Shown: positions 16,061 through 24,280, counted from the first letter of the stretch. The stretch: DNA of 64,000 nucleotides from an uncultured Pseudomonadota bacterium (GCA_903839465.1 CAIMCI010000366.1:15514-79513); one strand, 5' to 3'. The notes: a model not told the origin generated them from the letters alone. Numbers and translations are program-made.

Positions 16061-17544
16061 CACTTGCTCCTTCGTAGCTCTCGCATGTACTCGCCCGCGG
16101 GCAACCACTTGCCAGCATGGCGCACGACCACGCTCCCCGGGAACCAGCGCCGCAGGTTCTGCAACGGCCCGGGCCCGCTGAGCTCCTTGTCCCAGAGGTA
16201 GTAAACGGCCGCGTCCTTCTTCCCGCTCGACGTCCGGCTGAACCGCCCAACGAACTGCCGCAGCTGCTTGTCGGCGTCCCTGCTGTTCGCCGCCGGTGCC
16301 GCGATGATGCCCCGGCTCGCCGCCGGCAGGTCGAACCCGACGCCTACCGCCTGGAGCGTACCGACCCCGACCTTGACATCGCCCCGCACGAACCCATCCC
16401 GCGTCTCGCAGAACTGCTGACGGTAGTCATCCCCGCCGATGAGCAGCCCGCTCCGGAGCCCGGCCGACACCAGCATCCGGTCGACGGCGTGGCAGTGCTC
16501 GCGGCGCATCGTCAGCACGATGGCCTGCCCGGCCTCGCGTACGCACTCGGCGGCGCACTGAACCACCACGTCGTTCCGAGAAGAGCTCGAGAACATCTGC
16601 TCGAGCATCCGGTCCCGCTCCTTGATGCGCCCGGAGTAGCTGAGCCGCTTCCACCAGTCGGCCCGGAACGTGGTCGGCACTACGCGGAGCTCCACCTGGT
16701 GCACCAGGTCACGCGCCACGAGCTCCTCCCGCTTGACCTCGCACGCTACTTGGCCGAACTGCTCGTAGATCAAGAACTCCCGGCCGTCCGCGCGGCGCTC
16801 GTCCGCGCTGATTCCAACCACCCGCTTCGCGTCCATGTACGCCACCACGTCCTGGAACGAGCTCGCGGCAAACCCCTGCACCTCGTCACAGACCACGAGC
16901 CCGAACTTCCCCACGAGCTCGTCCAAGTGGCGCACTGCCGACTGCGTGGTGGCAATCGTCACGTCCCGCCCGAGCCACCGCTTGGCTCCCTGGAAGATTC
17001 CGAAGTCGACCGGGCCAGCTAGGTCCTCCTTCAGCCGGCGCACCCACTGCGTCACGAGCTCCGTCATGTGGACGAGCACCAGAGCCCGACGGCACACCAC
17101 CTGGATCAACCCGATGGCAGCCGTCGTCTTGCCGCTTCCCGGAGGAGCGCGCCAGAGGCACACCGGTTGCTCGACCCCGGAGCGAATGAGCCGCAGTTGG
17201 TAATCACGCTGCTGCCGCTCGGGCCTGTTCGGAGGCAGGACGATCCGCTCGCCCTCCACCCGAAAGTCGTCGAGCCTCGGCGGGTAGCCGTGCTTGACGA
17301 GCGTGCTCAGCGTCCACTCGAGGCTGGCCCGCGGCAGGGTCAGCACCTTGCCCCCCTCGCTCCACCGAGCCGAGATGAAGTTCGCCGGCTCGTCCCACCA
17401 GCCCGGGGTCTTCAGCTTCCTCGCCCGGGCGTACCTGGGGTTCGGGTGGGTGTGGGCGGAGACCAGCTCGTCGACGCAGGCAGCCGAAAGGTTCTTGGCG
17501 TCGAGCGTGACGGCGCTGGCGATCCGGACGGGTACGAGGCTCAT
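16060..17544 (-). CDS. SF2 DEAD/DEAH-box helicase
   Basis: 494 aa. Walker A APPGSGKTTAAI and motif II VVCDEVQ. Confidence 0.85.
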   Translation of the reverse strand: MSLVPVRIASAVTLDAKNLSAACVDELVSAHTHPNPRYARARKLKTPGWWDEPANFISARWSEGGKVLTLPRASLEWTLSTLVKHGYPPRLDDFRVEGERIVLPPNRPERQQRDYQLRLIRSGVEQPVCLWRAPPGSGKTTAAIGLIQVVCRRALVLVHMTELVTQWVRRLKEDLAGPVDFGIFQGAKRWLGRDVTIATTQSAVRHLDELVGKFGLVVCDEVQGFAASSFQDVVAYMDAKRVVGISADERRADGREFLIYEQFGQVACEVKREELVARDLVHQVELRVVPTTFRADWWKRLSYSGRIKERDRMLEQMFSSSSRNDVVVQCAAECVREAGQAIVLTMRREHCHAVDRMLVSAGLRSGLLIGGDDYRQQFCETRDGFVRGDVKVGVGTLQAVGVGFDLPAASRGIIAAPAANSRDADKQLRQFVGRFSRTSSGKKDAAVYYLWDKELSGPGPLQNLRRWFPGSVVVRHAGKWLPAGEYMRELRRSK

Positions 17545-18053
17545 CGGCCGCTCCTTCCGGACAGCAATGCGAGTGGCTTGCCCGTGGCGTAGGCTTCGGA
17601 GATCTGCGGCTCGATCAACTCGCCTACCGTTCGCCCGTCGGGCAGCATCATGTCGGCGAGGAACTCCCGCTCGACCGACGAACCGCCTTCGGCAACGAGC
17701 TCGAGCTTAGCCTTGACCACCAAGAGCAAGCGCCGCCACACCTCGCGGGCCCCCTGCTCGACGCGGCCGGCAACCCACCTCTGGCGCTCAGACACCGCCC
17801 ATCCCTGCCACCCTTTGGGGGTGTCGGCGTTCGCCGGCTTGTACGGGTCCGGTAACTTCTCATGTTTGTTGGCGAGCTGCATTCGGTAGAACCGCTCGCC
17901 AAACCGAAACGTCACGCTCGCCGTCTCGGTCAGGTAGTCCGAAACAACTGCGGTCCCGGTTGCCCCGTGCCTGGTGAGCAGCGTCTCGATCTCGGCCTTG
18001 CTCTTGGCCACTTCGACCGTCGTGCCTTCGGCGAACCGCCTGGTCTTGTTCAT
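17541..18053 (-). CDS. Hypothetical protein, first gene of the leftward early operon
   Basis: 170-aa ORF. ATG 18053 lies 10 nt after a CGCGCCAT box that directly abuts a palindrome copy. Confidence 0.65.
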   Translation of the reverse strand: MNKTRRFAEGTTVEVAKSKAEIETLLTRHGATGTAVVSDYLTETASVTFRFGERFYRMQLANKHEKLPDPYKPANADTPKGWQGWAVSERQRWVAGRVEQGAREVWRRLLLVVKAKLELVAEGGSSVEREFLADMMLPDGRTVGELIEPQISEAYATGKPLALLSGRSGR

Positions 18054-18063
18054 GCCCTATAGG

Positions 18064-18071
18064 ATGGCGCG
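18064..18071 (-). promoter_or_regulatory. CGCGCCAT box, 10 nt upstream of ATG 18053
   Basis: Coding strand reads ACGGAACCCCGGGGTTCCGT-G-CGCGCCATCCTATAGGGCATG. Confidence 0.55.
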
Positions 18072-18072
18072 C

Positions 18073-18092
18073 ACGGAACCCCGGGGTTCCGT
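18073..18092. promoter_or_regulatory. 20-bp perfect palindrome ACGGAACCCCGGGGTTCCGT (copy 2)
   Basis: Exact copy, 1 nt from the CGCGCCAT box of the early operon. Confidence 0.55.
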
Positions 18093-18140
18093 TGGAGGGG
18101 GGGTCCCCTCGCGCGCGGCGCGCGTACGCGCGTCACTGGT

Positions 18141-18190
18141 GATCATTGATCTGATCTCTTCTCTCTTGTTTGTATTTAAGATCTGATCTG
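18141..18190. promoter_or_regulatory. AT-rich block with five GATC sites and two GATCTGATCT direct repeats; candidate origin / divergent control region
   Basis: GATC at 18141, 18148, 18153, 18180 and 18185. GATCTGATCT at 18148..18157 and 18180..18189 (32-bp spacing). Flanked by imperfect inverted repeats TACGCGCGTCA / TGACGCGCGCGTA and by CG-alternating palindromes (CACGCGTG, GTGCGCAC). Confidence 0.35.
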
Positions 18191-18289
18191 ACGCGCGCGT
18201 AATAGAACCACACGCGTGCGCACGCGCGGAGCGCGTGCATGCCGGGCCAAGCCCGGCGGCACGGGGATAGTTCGATCTCCAGAACGGAA

Positions 18290-18297
18290 CGCGCCAT
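18290..18297 (+). promoter_or_regulatory. CGCGCCAT box, 11 nt upstream of ATG 18309
   Basis: Reads ACGGAACGCGCCATCATCCCTAGGCATG. A palindrome half-site, ACGGAAC, overlaps the first base of the box. Confidence 0.45.
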
Positions 18298-18308
18298 CAT
18301 CCCTAGGC

Positions 18309-18485
18309 ATGAGGCTCCGATCCCAAGTCACCCGACGCCAAGCCATCCCACCCGAACCATCGGGGGAGCCACCGCTGCCGTTGAAAGCACCGGAGGACGG
18401 TGCAGCCCGTACCCGCAGATACGAAGCCGAGCTGGCAGAAGGGTTCAGGATAGCCATGGAGAAGGACGATCGATGCCACTCGTAA
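18309..18485 (+). CDS. Possible small protein (58 aa)
   Basis: Internal ATG of ORF 18216..18485, placed 11 nt after a CGCGCCAT box. Sequence MRLRSQVTRRQAIPPEPSGE... has low complexity. Confidence 0.3.
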   Translation: MRLRSQVTRRQAIPPEPSGEPPLPLKAPEDGAARTRRYEAELAEGFRIAMEKDDRCHS

Positions 18486-18790
18486 TGACGGGCAACCTGT
18501 TCGGCCTCTACGGACGCTTCGACGTCATCGTACAGGCCAGGGACGAGTCCACCTACTGCGCCAAGCAACCCGTCTCAATCGAGCAGCTCCACCTAGCTCT
18601 CGAACGGCTCGAGGCGGAGAACCTTCCGCCGTTCTCGAGTGGGTACTACCGGGCAGCAGTGGGCAGCTACGTCGAAGGGCACCCGGGGGTGAGACGGGTC
18701 GACCTGTTCGGCAAGCTCCAGGTCAAGGTGTTCGTGCCGTATCTGCACGCCAGCGACGAGCTCATGCAGTGGCTCCAGGGAAAGGACTGA
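18473..18790 (+). CDS. Hypothetical protein
   Basis: 105 aa from MPLVMTGNLFG, preceded by GGAGAAGGA. Confidence 0.5.
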   Translation: MPLVMTGNLFGLYGRFDVIVQARDESTYCAKQPVSIEQLHLALERLEAENLPPFSSGYYRAAVGSYVEGHPGVRRVDLFGKLQVKVFVPYLHASDELMQWLQGKD

Positions 18791-18794
18791 GCCG

Positions 18795-19256
18795 TTGGCT
18801 TCCTCCGGGAAAGCCCACCTCCTACCGTTCTTCCTGGTGGCCCTACGGTCCATCGCAGACCGAGCTCCAAGGCTCCTACGCGTGGACCGGTGGCCTGCCG
18901 CCAAACCACCCGATGTCGAGCTGCCACCGAACCACGTCGACACCCGGGTCCACGGCAGGAAGTCACTGCGGCTCACGTTGCTCAACAATGCGTTGACCCC
19001 GAGCTTCGTCAGTGCCTACCAGACCATGTCGAACCTGCTCACCGACCTGCAGTTCCGGCGCTGCCGAGAAGGGGCTTGGCGGGCATACGACCGCTTCGTG
19101 GTGCTCTGGACCAACGAGACGGACTACCCGCTAGGCGAGATCCAGCACGCCGTGTTCAGGGGGATGCGCAGCGAGTGCCGGGACTGGACCGCCTTCTACG
19201 TCGTGGCGTTCGCTCCGCTCGAGCACGCCCGGGATGCAGGCGATCCGGCGAATTAG
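18795..19256 (+). CDS. Hypothetical protein
   Basis: 153-aa ORF with GC3 high throughout. The start is uncertain. Confidence 0.45.
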   Translation: MASSGKAHLLPFFLVALRSIADRAPRLLRVDRWPAAKPPDVELPPNHVDTRVHGRKSLRLTLLNNALTPSFVSAYQTMSNLLTDLQFRRCREGAWRAYDRFVVLWTNETDYPLGEIQHAVFRGMRSECRDWTAFYVVAFAPLEHARDAGDPAN

Positions 19257-19304
19257 GGCCGCCGGTCGAATTCCCTCGACGCAGAAAGGCTCGCCGGTCA
19301 TTCT

Positions 19305-19598
19305 GTGGACATGGCGACCACAGCACGACGACGAGCCCTTGACGACGATAGCCCAGTCCCGTTCGAGTCCCGCGAGCCCGTGAGCAAGCTCCGGAGCGTC
19401 CCACCCCCACCGCCCGAGCCGGAGGTGGACCCCATCACCGAGGCGAGGTTGAACCCGCTCGACATGCGAGCCGCGGTGAAGGCCAAGTGCTGGGACTGCG
19501 CCTCGCCGTGCAACAGCGCCGAGGCAATGGAGTCGATCGGCAACTGCGGAGTGGGCAGCTGTCCGCTTCATCCGCACCGCCCGTTCCAGCGGCTCTAG
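19305..19598 (+). CDS. Small Cys-rich phage protein
   Basis: 97 aa. The C-terminal KCWDCASPC...IGNCGVGSCPLHPHRP resembles a small Cys-rich family I recall from prophages. Function unknown. Confidence 0.55.
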   Translation: MDMATTARRRALDDDSPVPFESREPVSKLRSVPPPPPEPEVDPITEARLNPLDMRAAVKAKCWDCASPCNSAEAMESIGNCGVGSCPLHPHRPFQRL

Positions 19599-20413
19599 CC
19601 GAAGAGTGCCGGGTCGGCCTTCAGCGGCCAGCTCAGCATGTCCTCGAGATCCCGCTCGAGGATGTCGGCATCCCGTTCCCTGATCATGGCGGCTTGCAGG
19701 TCCTCATCGGCCATGGCCGCAACCGCCATCACGTTGCCGGCCTCGTAGTCGTTCAGCACCGGCAGGGAGTTCCAGTCGACCTGGTCAGCGGCGGCCTTCA
19801 CTCGGGGCATGCAGCCGACCAGCAGCGCCGAGTACTTGGCCTCCATCGCCGTGTAGTAGCCGCCGAGCTTGAGCGCATGCGCATAGGCAGCCGGACTGCC
19901 CGACCAGAGCGCCTCGAACGCGGCAGGGAACCTCCGCTCGAGCAGGCTCACGTGGTCGGTGACGCCGGCGAGCAGGTCTGAGAACGCGCGGAAGCAGCAC
20001 CCCGAGTGCTTGGGACTGATGCGCACGCTGGCCATGGCCCGGCCGTTCATCGTGTACTGGCCAACGACCTGCACGAGCGGGCTGCCGGCGCAGAGCTGCT
20101 CGGCGTAGGCGAGGGTGAGCTCCTCGCCACAGGTGAAGAACGTCCAGTCGTAGGCGCCTCCGGACACCGCCTTGGCGTTGCCCACGTTGTAGTCGTGGCA
20201 CTTCTCGCCCCAAGCCACCTCACCTGCCCACTGCGCAGTCATCAGCTCGACGGCCGAGCGCGGCGGTGCCGCCCCACGCAGGTGTAGCCATGCCCGGTAG
20301 AAGGCCGGGAGTATCTGCTCTAGGGCCACCGGGGTCAGCTGGTCGGGAAACTCGTGGGTGGCGGCCAGTGCAAGTGGGGTGTCCGGTGCGGTGGGGATGT
20401 TGTCGTTCGACAT
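19595..20413 (-). CDS. Putative endolysin, N-acetylglucosaminidase (FlgJ/LytD-like) type
   Basis: 272 aa. AQWAGEVAWGEKCHDYNVGNAKA ... CFRAFSDLLAGVTDHVSLL ... ALKLGGYYTAMEAKY follows the glucosaminidase-domain pattern (WG..N.GN.K, FRAF, GY.T...Y). Confidence 0.55.
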   Translation of the reverse strand: MSNDNIPTAPDTPLALAATHEFPDQLTPVALEQILPAFYRAWLHLRGAAPPRSAVELMTAQWAGEVAWGEKCHDYNVGNAKAVSGGAYDWTFFTCGEELTLAYAEQLCAGSPLVQVVGQYTMNGRAMASVRISPKHSGCCFRAFSDLLAGVTDHVSLLERRFPAAFEALWSGSPAAYAHALKLGGYYTAMEAKYSALLVGCMPRVKAAADQVDWNSLPVLNDYEAGNVMAVAAMADEDLQAAMIRERDADILERDLEDMLSWPLKADPALFG

Positions 20414-20430
20414 GGGCTCGAGGGTAGCGC

Positions 20431-20450
20431 ACGGAACCCCGGGGTTCCGT
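20431..20450. promoter_or_regulatory. 20-bp perfect palindrome (copy 3) at a divergent junction
   Basis: Lies 17 nt from ATG 20413 (minus gene) and 22 nt from ATG 20473 (plus gene). Confidence 0.55.
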
Positions 20451-20454
20451 GGCC

Positions 20455-20462
20455 CGCGCCAT
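20455..20462 (+). promoter_or_regulatory. CGCGCCAT box, 10 nt upstream of ATG 20473
   Basis: Reads GGCCCGCGCCATCATCCGCTCCATG. Confidence 0.55.
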
Positions 20463-20472
20463 CATCCGCTCC

Positions 20473-21252
20473 ATGCGATTCCACGTGATCACCTGCTGGC
20501 GCAAGAACCTCGGCGACACCTACCTGCTGCGCACCCTCGCGCAGCTGCGCCGTCAAGTGGCGGCGCTGAACGAAGAGGGGGTCGACAACCACTGCATCTA
20601 CGTGCGCGTCGATGGAGACTCGTCCGCGGTGAAGCGCATCCGGGATGACGTCGAGCAGCAGGTCAACCTCTGCCCTCTACCCGTCCACACGCAAGTGGTC
20701 CCGCTCGGCCAGTGCGGCGGCCACACGAGAGCCTGGAGAACGCTGCTCGACCAGGCGAGCCGCCACCTCGGCTCCGCCGTCTTCCTCGAGGATGACCTAC
20801 TGCTCGACTCACGTGCCGCACGGGAGATGGTCGCCCTGGTCCCGGGTTCGAGCTGCGGGTTTCTGACCTTCTACGACGGCAACCGACTACCCGAGAAACA
20901 CCCCGACGGTGTCGTCGTCCAGCCGATACGCGGAGAGAACGGGCACGGAGTTTGGGGCCTGATCGCCATCAAGATGCCGTGCGAGGTGGTGCGCTACTTG
21001 GTGGATGCCGACTGGGACAGTGACGATGTGAAGACCTTCCCAGGCTACCTGCTACACCTCGCGAACTGGGGCAACGCGCTCAACGCAGCCGACGTATTCA
21101 CTTCGTCGCTGCTGAGCCGTAGCCCGTGGCCGAACTACTCCATCCACGTGCCGAGCCTGGTGCAGCACGTGGGAGCTAGCAGCGAGTGCTTCGGGCCCGG
21201 CGTCGGTCTGCGTGGCAGGACCGCGCGTAACTGGCGACCCTCCGCGCCATGA
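20473..21252 (+). CDS. GT-A fold glycosyltransferase-like protein
   Basis: Starts at MRFHVITCWRKN. The N-terminal beta-strand/helix pattern is typical of GT-A enzymes, and the acidic VFLEDDLLLD sits at the DXD position. Confidence 0.55.
   Translation: MRFHVITCWRKNLGDTYLLRTLAQLRRQVAALNEEGVDNHCIYVRVDGDSSAVKRIRDDVEQQVNLCPLPVHTQVVPLGQCGGHTRAWRTLLDQASRHLGSAVFLEDDLLLDSRAAREMVALVPGSSCGFLTFYDGNRLPEKHPDGVVVQPIRGENGHGVWGLIAIKMPCEVVRYLVDADWDSDDVKTFPGYLLHLANWGNALNAADVFTSSLLSRSPWPNYSIHVPSLVQHVGASSECFGPGVGLRGRTARNWRPSAP
21243..21250 (+). promoter_or_regulatory. CGCGCCAT box, 9 nt upstream of ATG 21260
   Basis: Reads CCTCCGCGCCATGACTGGGGCATG. It overlaps the glycosyltransferase stop. Confidence 0.5.
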
Positions 21253-21259
21253 CTGGGGC

Positions 21260-21964
21260 ATGAGCTCCACATCGCGTCTCGTCGACGACCCAACCCACAA
21301 ACCCCTGGACCAGTACTGGACGCCGGATGCGTTGGCTAGCGCCAGCATCGCTCGGCTCCACATCCACCGCGGGATGGGTTGGTGGAGCAAGTGCTACGCG
21401 CTCGAGCCGCACTGCGGGCAAGGTGCGTGGTTGCGAGCAATGGACAAGTGCGTGACCGCAATCGACGTGTGCGACATTGACGCTCAGTGGACCGCCGTCG
21501 CACACAATTCAAGCAGCCACATTGGCCGGAAGATCCTGGGCGACTTTCTCACGGTCGACTTCGAGCCGACCAACGCAAAGGGAACTGGGTGGGGTGGTTA
21601 CGACCTCATCTGCGGCAACCCACCGTTCTCGCGCATCGCGCGGGACGCGCACGGCAAGCCGCTACTCACGAAGAAGGGCAAGGAGAAGTTCGAGACCGTG
21701 GCCCATCTGCACGTCGAACGGGCACTTCAGTTGCTGAACCCAAGCGGCTTGCTGGCGTTCGTTCTGCGTCTAGGGTTGCTCGGGTCGAACGATCGAGCCG
21801 CGTTCTGGGACCGCTACCCGCCGAGCTGCGTCTACGTGCTGCGCCCGCGGCCGTCATTCACGGGTGGGGGTAGTGACTCGGCCGACTACGGGTTGTTCGT
21901 CTGGGACAAACGCAAAGAAGCCCAGGGCAACGTGACCGCCCTGGGCTTCCTCGACTGGGCTTAG
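21260..21964 (+). CDS. N6-adenine DNA methyltransferase (NPPF type)
   Basis: DQYWTPDALA, motif I LEPHCGQGAW, motif IV LICGNPPFSR. Confidence 0.85.
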   Translation: MSSTSRLVDDPTHKPLDQYWTPDALASASIARLHIHRGMGWWSKCYALEPHCGQGAWLRAMDKCVTAIDVCDIDAQWTAVAHNSSSHIGRKILGDFLTVDFEPTNAKGTGWGGYDLICGNPPFSRIARDAHGKPLLTKKGKEKFETVAHLHVERALQLLNPSGLLAFVLRLGLLGSNDRAAFWDRYPPSCVYVLRPRPSFTGGGSDSADYGLFVWDKRKEAQGNVTALGFLDWA

Positions 21965-21968
21965 CCGG

Positions 21969-22526
21969 CTACGGACACTTCGAGACGAACTTCATCGACG
22001 ACACGCCAGGAGACGCATCTCCCATGCGAGTCGTTGCCGTGACGGTCGTGCCAATCGGCACATCGTAGATGCACGGGTGGTAGCAGGTGCACGCCCCGGA
22101 AACGTCGAGCGAGAGGATGCAGCAGTCAGTTCCTCCGTCCGGAGTTGCCGACGTGCCACCTGTCGATGTGGAGACCGGCGTCCCGGCAGTTCCTCCGTCC
22201 GGAGTTGTCGCCGTCCCACCCGAGCCCTGCCCGCCGGCAGCCTGCTCCTCGCTATGCACTCCTGCATCTAGCTCGAGCACGTCAACGCCCCTAACCGATT
22301 CAGATGCGGGGCTGCACCCGATGAGGACAAAGAACAGAACTCCGGTACCGATCGCCCAGACGAGAGCCGCCATGATGGACGTCGCCAGCACGTGCTCGCC
22401 GAGCTTCCGCATCCGTTCACCCGGCTTGGTCATGTAGGCAATACCGAGCACGATGCCGACCGGCGGCATGAGGACTGCTGTCGACGTGAGCCCGCGATAT
22501 GAGGGGTGGGTCTTGATTGGTTTCAT
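21969..22526 (-). CDS. Membrane protein with Thr/Gly-rich repeat and Cys-rich C-terminus
   Basis: 185 aa with two hydrophobic helices, GGTATTPDGGTAGTPVSTSTGGTSATPDGGT, then CCILSLDVSGACTCYHPC. Confidence 0.55.
   Translation of the reverse strand: MKPIKTHPSYRGLTSTAVLMPPVGIVLGIAYMTKPGERMRKLGEHVLATSIMAALVWAIGTGVLFFVLIGCSPASESVRGVDVLELDAGVHSEEQAAGGQGSGGTATTPDGGTAGTPVSTSTGGTSATPDGGTDCCILSLDVSGACTCYHPCIYDVPIGTTVTATTRMGDASPGVSSMKFVSKCP
22127..22207. repeat. Direct repeat at 60-bp spacing inside the membrane-protein gene
   Basis: cagttcctccgtccggagttg occurs at 22127..22147 and again at 22187..22207. Confidence 0.7.
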
Positions 22527-22538
22527 GGTCTTCCTCCT

Positions 22539-22922
22539 TCAGTACCAACAGATGACGGTGGCGCCGAGCTCAGCCACGTACTCCACGAACCGGGCGAACT
22601 GCTCCACCCGGTAGCGAATCCCTGACTCGTCGAGCCCGAACGAGATCGCCCGGAGCGGCTTGAGCTCGACCGTGCCGTCTTCGTTCTTGCGAGGTGCGCC
22701 ATGCACCTCCTCCTCAGAACGCACGAACGGCACGAGCGTCCCTCGGTTGCGTGCTCGGATGACGGCCTGCCGCGCAGTGCCGATGCTGCACTCGCCCATC
22801 TGCCACTCGCCCGGCAGGCCAAGCACACGGTGCATTGCCTGAGCGTTGCCGATGTTCCAGTTCACCTCGGGCCAGCCGTCACGGGACTTGCCCTTGGCGT
22901 TGCTGTCGAACGAGACGCTCAC
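22539..22922 (-). CDS. Hypothetical protein
   Basis: 127 aa from GTG 22922 (GTGA overlap with the upstream stop). The longer N-terminal extension in the ORF track is R/P/A-rich and overlaps the neighbouring gene. Confidence 0.45.
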   Translation of the reverse strand: MSVSFDSNAKGKSRDGWPEVNWNIGNAQAMHRVLGLPGEWQMGECSIGTARQAVIRARNRGTLVPFVRSEEEVHGAPRKNEDGTVELKPLRAISFGLDESGIRYRVEQFARFVEYVAELGATVICWY

Positions 22923-23182
22923 GGGATAGTCTTCCGAGTGGCGGACTTGTAGATGTTCCGCAGCACGGCGAGCCAGATGGAGTCCTGCGGCAGCGAGTCG
23001 ATGGATCGGTTCAGGCACCGGAGGAACCCGCGCTCGGTGAGGCACCGCTCCGCAACGCCGAGCTCCATGTAGGCAGAGCGGAGACGCGGCTGGAGCGCAA
23101 CTTGCTGGCCGATGCCGCGCCGGGCACTCATCACCCGGACGCGGAACGGGTTGTCGGCCAGCTTGACCACTTGCGCGCTCAT
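22919..23182 (-). CDS. Hypothetical protein
   Basis: 87 aa from MSAQVVKLAD. ATGA overlap with the upstream stop. Confidence 0.45.
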   Translation of the reverse strand: MSAQVVKLADNPFRVRVMSARRGIGQQVALQPRLRSAYMELGVAERCLTERGFLRCLNRSIDSLPQDSIWLAVLRNIYKSATRKTIP

Positions 23183-23637
23183 GCCTTCCTCGGCGGGTTG
23201 CACACGCGCTCACACGCGCCGAGGCTGAGCTGCGCTGCCCGGCGGTCGAGCTCGGCCAGGCCCACGTAGCCGGCGGCCCTCACATGGGCAGCCAACTCGA
23301 GCAGCTCCGGGTCATCCGCGGGGCGGGTCTCCCTACACCGGTCGAGGAATGAGAAGGCCTCCTTCAGGTTCTTGGGGCACTGCTCAAGTAGGGTGGGCCG
23401 CGGCCGGCGCTCGGTCGCGGGTGGGAACTCCTCCGGATCACGCCCCGCGTTCTGCACCAGATCAGCGAACCGTCGCTCGTCGATAGGAGGCGGCTCGGTG
23501 CCGAAGCGCCCCGCCATGCAGGCGTCGAGCTCATCGCCGGTCGCCTTGCCCGCGATCAGGTCGTCGAAGCCGTCCTCCAGCTTGGCCAGCTCCGCCGTCT
23601 GGCGGTTCTGTTCCTCGAGCAGCTCGCGCGGGCTCAC
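23179..23637 (-). CDS. Hypothetical protein
   Basis: 152-aa ORF in operon context. Confidence 0.55.
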   Translation of the reverse strand: MSPRELLEEQNRQTAELAKLEDGFDDLIAGKATGDELDACMAGRFGTEPPPIDERRFADLVQNAGRDPEEFPPATERRPRPTLLEQCPKNLKEAFSFLDRCRETRPADDPELLELAAHVRAAGYVGLAELDRRAAQLSLGACERVCNPPRKA

Positions 23638-23864
23638 GACACCACCTCGCCGTCGACGGGGACGATCTCGATCTTGGCGAAGCGGCGCGGGTCGTCCACC
23701 AGGCGGGCGGCTGCGTCCTCAGCCCGGGCGTGTGAAGAGAACGGCCCCACCTCTCGAGTGTCGCTCGCGTTGTAGAAGCCGCATGTCGGCTCGCTCGCCT
23801 TTACCATCCACTGCACAGCGACGAGTTCGATCTTGCCTTTGAACTGCTGCGTTTCGTTGGACAT
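23634..23864 (-). CDS. Hypothetical protein
   Basis: 76-aa ORF preceded by GAGAAAGAAGAAACTACAAG. Confidence 0.55.
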   Translation of the reverse strand: MSNETQQFKGKIELVAVQWMVKASEPTCGFYNASDTREVGPFSSHARAEDAAARLVDDPRRFAKIEIVPVDGEVVS

Positions 23865-23958
23865 CTTGTAGTTTCTTCTTTCTCCCCGGAGAGAGCCGGG
23901 GGCTCGGGCCCCTCGCTGCGATCGAACGCCACGGCCTAGCCGTCGAGGGGCAGCTGCT

Positions 23959-24279
23959 TCAGTAGACGCGGCACCTGCCGTGCAGCACGGCCTCGTCCTC
24001 GCGCACGCCGAACAGCGTGCTCACTTCGACCCGGAGGATGCCCACGTGCTTGCCGCAAGAGGCGCACGCCGCATCGGCCTCATAGGCCTGGTCGTCGGCG
24101 GAGAAGCGCCGGTTGTATCCGCGGATCCAGAACGCGTAGGTGCAACCAGGATCCGGGGCGTGTTCACCGGCGTGCGGGCACTGTTGCCCGGTCACCTCGA
24201 CGAACAAGCCGCGCGCCGCAGGTGGCTCCGTACATTCGTAGCGCTTGTCGTCAACTAGCAGGAAGATCTTCCTTGCCAT
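23959..24279 (-). CDS. Hypothetical Cys-rich protein
   Basis: 106-aa ORF with eight Cys. Confidence 0.55.
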   Translation of the reverse strand: MARKIFLLVDDKRYECTEPPAARGLFVEVTGQQCPHAGEHAPDPGCTYAFWIRGYNRRFSADDQAYEADAACASCGKHVGILRVEVSTLFGVREDEAVLHGRCRVY

Positions 24280-24280
24280 G

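Noticed and set aside
18073-18092. Reading the GGAAC inside the palindrome as an ECF-type -35 element paired with CGCG of the box as -10
   Set aside because: The spacing from GGAAC to CGCG is 14, 16, 17 and 24 nt at the four palindrome-plus-box sites, and eight boxes have no palindrome at all. A fixed -35/-10 geometry is not supported.
18109-18238. CG-alternating stretches as an independent repeat element or small RNA gene
   Set aside because: They are short, irregular and symmetric around the AT-rich block. They are better explained as flanks of the control or origin region.
20431-20450. Palindrome copies as simple Rho-independent terminators
   Set aside because: The hairpin would have an 8-bp stem and a 4-nt loop with no flanking T tract. 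Most copies lie upstream of gene starts at divergent junctions rather than after stops. Not excluded, so it is listed as an alternative in the finding.
22923-23213. N-terminal extensions of several ORF-track entries (22539..23213, 8248..8754, 9660..10811, 27107..28873, 28744..30579, 56722..58125, 63088..63813)
   Set aside because: The extensions overlap the upstream gene and are R/P-rich. In-frame internal starts give ATGA/GTGA overlaps or sit behind an SD or a CGCGCCAT box. I trimmed the calls accordingly.
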